DNA of 64,000 nucleotides from an uncultured Chlamydiae bacterium (GTDB taxonomy: Bacteria > Chlamydiota > Chlamydiia > Chlamydiales > SM23-39), in the NCBI GenBank assembly GCA_963730605.1, contig CAVSSM010000001.1, positions 640,001 to 704,000 of the forward strand, given 5' to 3'. A model generated the notes under the pieces. The model had not been told where the DNA came from. It did no database searches and saw only the letters and a program-made list of their open reading frames with translations. Each line of letters opens with the position of its first letter. Within the stretch, counting starts at the first letter, position 1. Below, one piece after another: positions 63,944 through 64,000 of the stretch. The translations under genes were made by a program, and so were the position numbers.

Positions 63944-64000
63944 CTATCCGCAGATGAGCTTGCCGGAGGCGAGGTGGTAGGTTTTGCTGCAGCAGCGAGC
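63944..64000 (-). CDS. Possible 3' end of a gene entering from beyond the window (ABC ATPase-like tail)
   Basis: Reads ARCCSKTYHLASGKLICG-stop; only 19 codons visible. Confidence 0.3.
   Translation of the reverse strand, partial: ARCCSKTYHLASGKLICG

Overview
A 64-kb chromosomal segment of an environmental chlamydia (Chlamydiota/PVC). The assignment rests on the PVC-type small basic protein, the chlamydial DUF721-gyrB-gyrA-tmk-(island)-holB gene order, a DUF3604-type gene and Inc-like AT-rich genes. The backbone is housekeeping: mgtE, gyrBA (many single-base frameshifts), tmk, holB, nadK, dxs, xseAB, tpiA, secG, def, an lptD-like gene, maf, ybeY, holC, rnr, folD, suhB, galE, ispA and ugd. Accessory content includes a ~7.7-kb island between tmk and holB (Inc-like repeat protein, PIN/Phd TA pair, GH63-like glycosidase, Fic), a Gly-rich autotransporter, a glpF/glpK/glpD module and several orphan effector-like genes. 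The most striking signal is a dense population of small non-autonomous palindromic elements of three kinds. (i) TA-bounded 163-269 bp hairpin elements; some are intergenic, while others are inserted in frame in ybeY and the lptD-like gene or supply the start of mpg. (ii) A ~30-bp stop-free hairpin present 9 times, inside nadK, suhB (3x tandem), the lptD-like gene, mpg and an intergenic composite, and translated in different frames. (iii) Other MITE-like elements, one with a perfect 12-bp target duplication. This resembles Rickettsia palindromic elements, here in a chlamydial genome. No tRNA, rRNA, CRISPR array or transposase was recognised. All calls come from reading motifs by eye; no searches were run.
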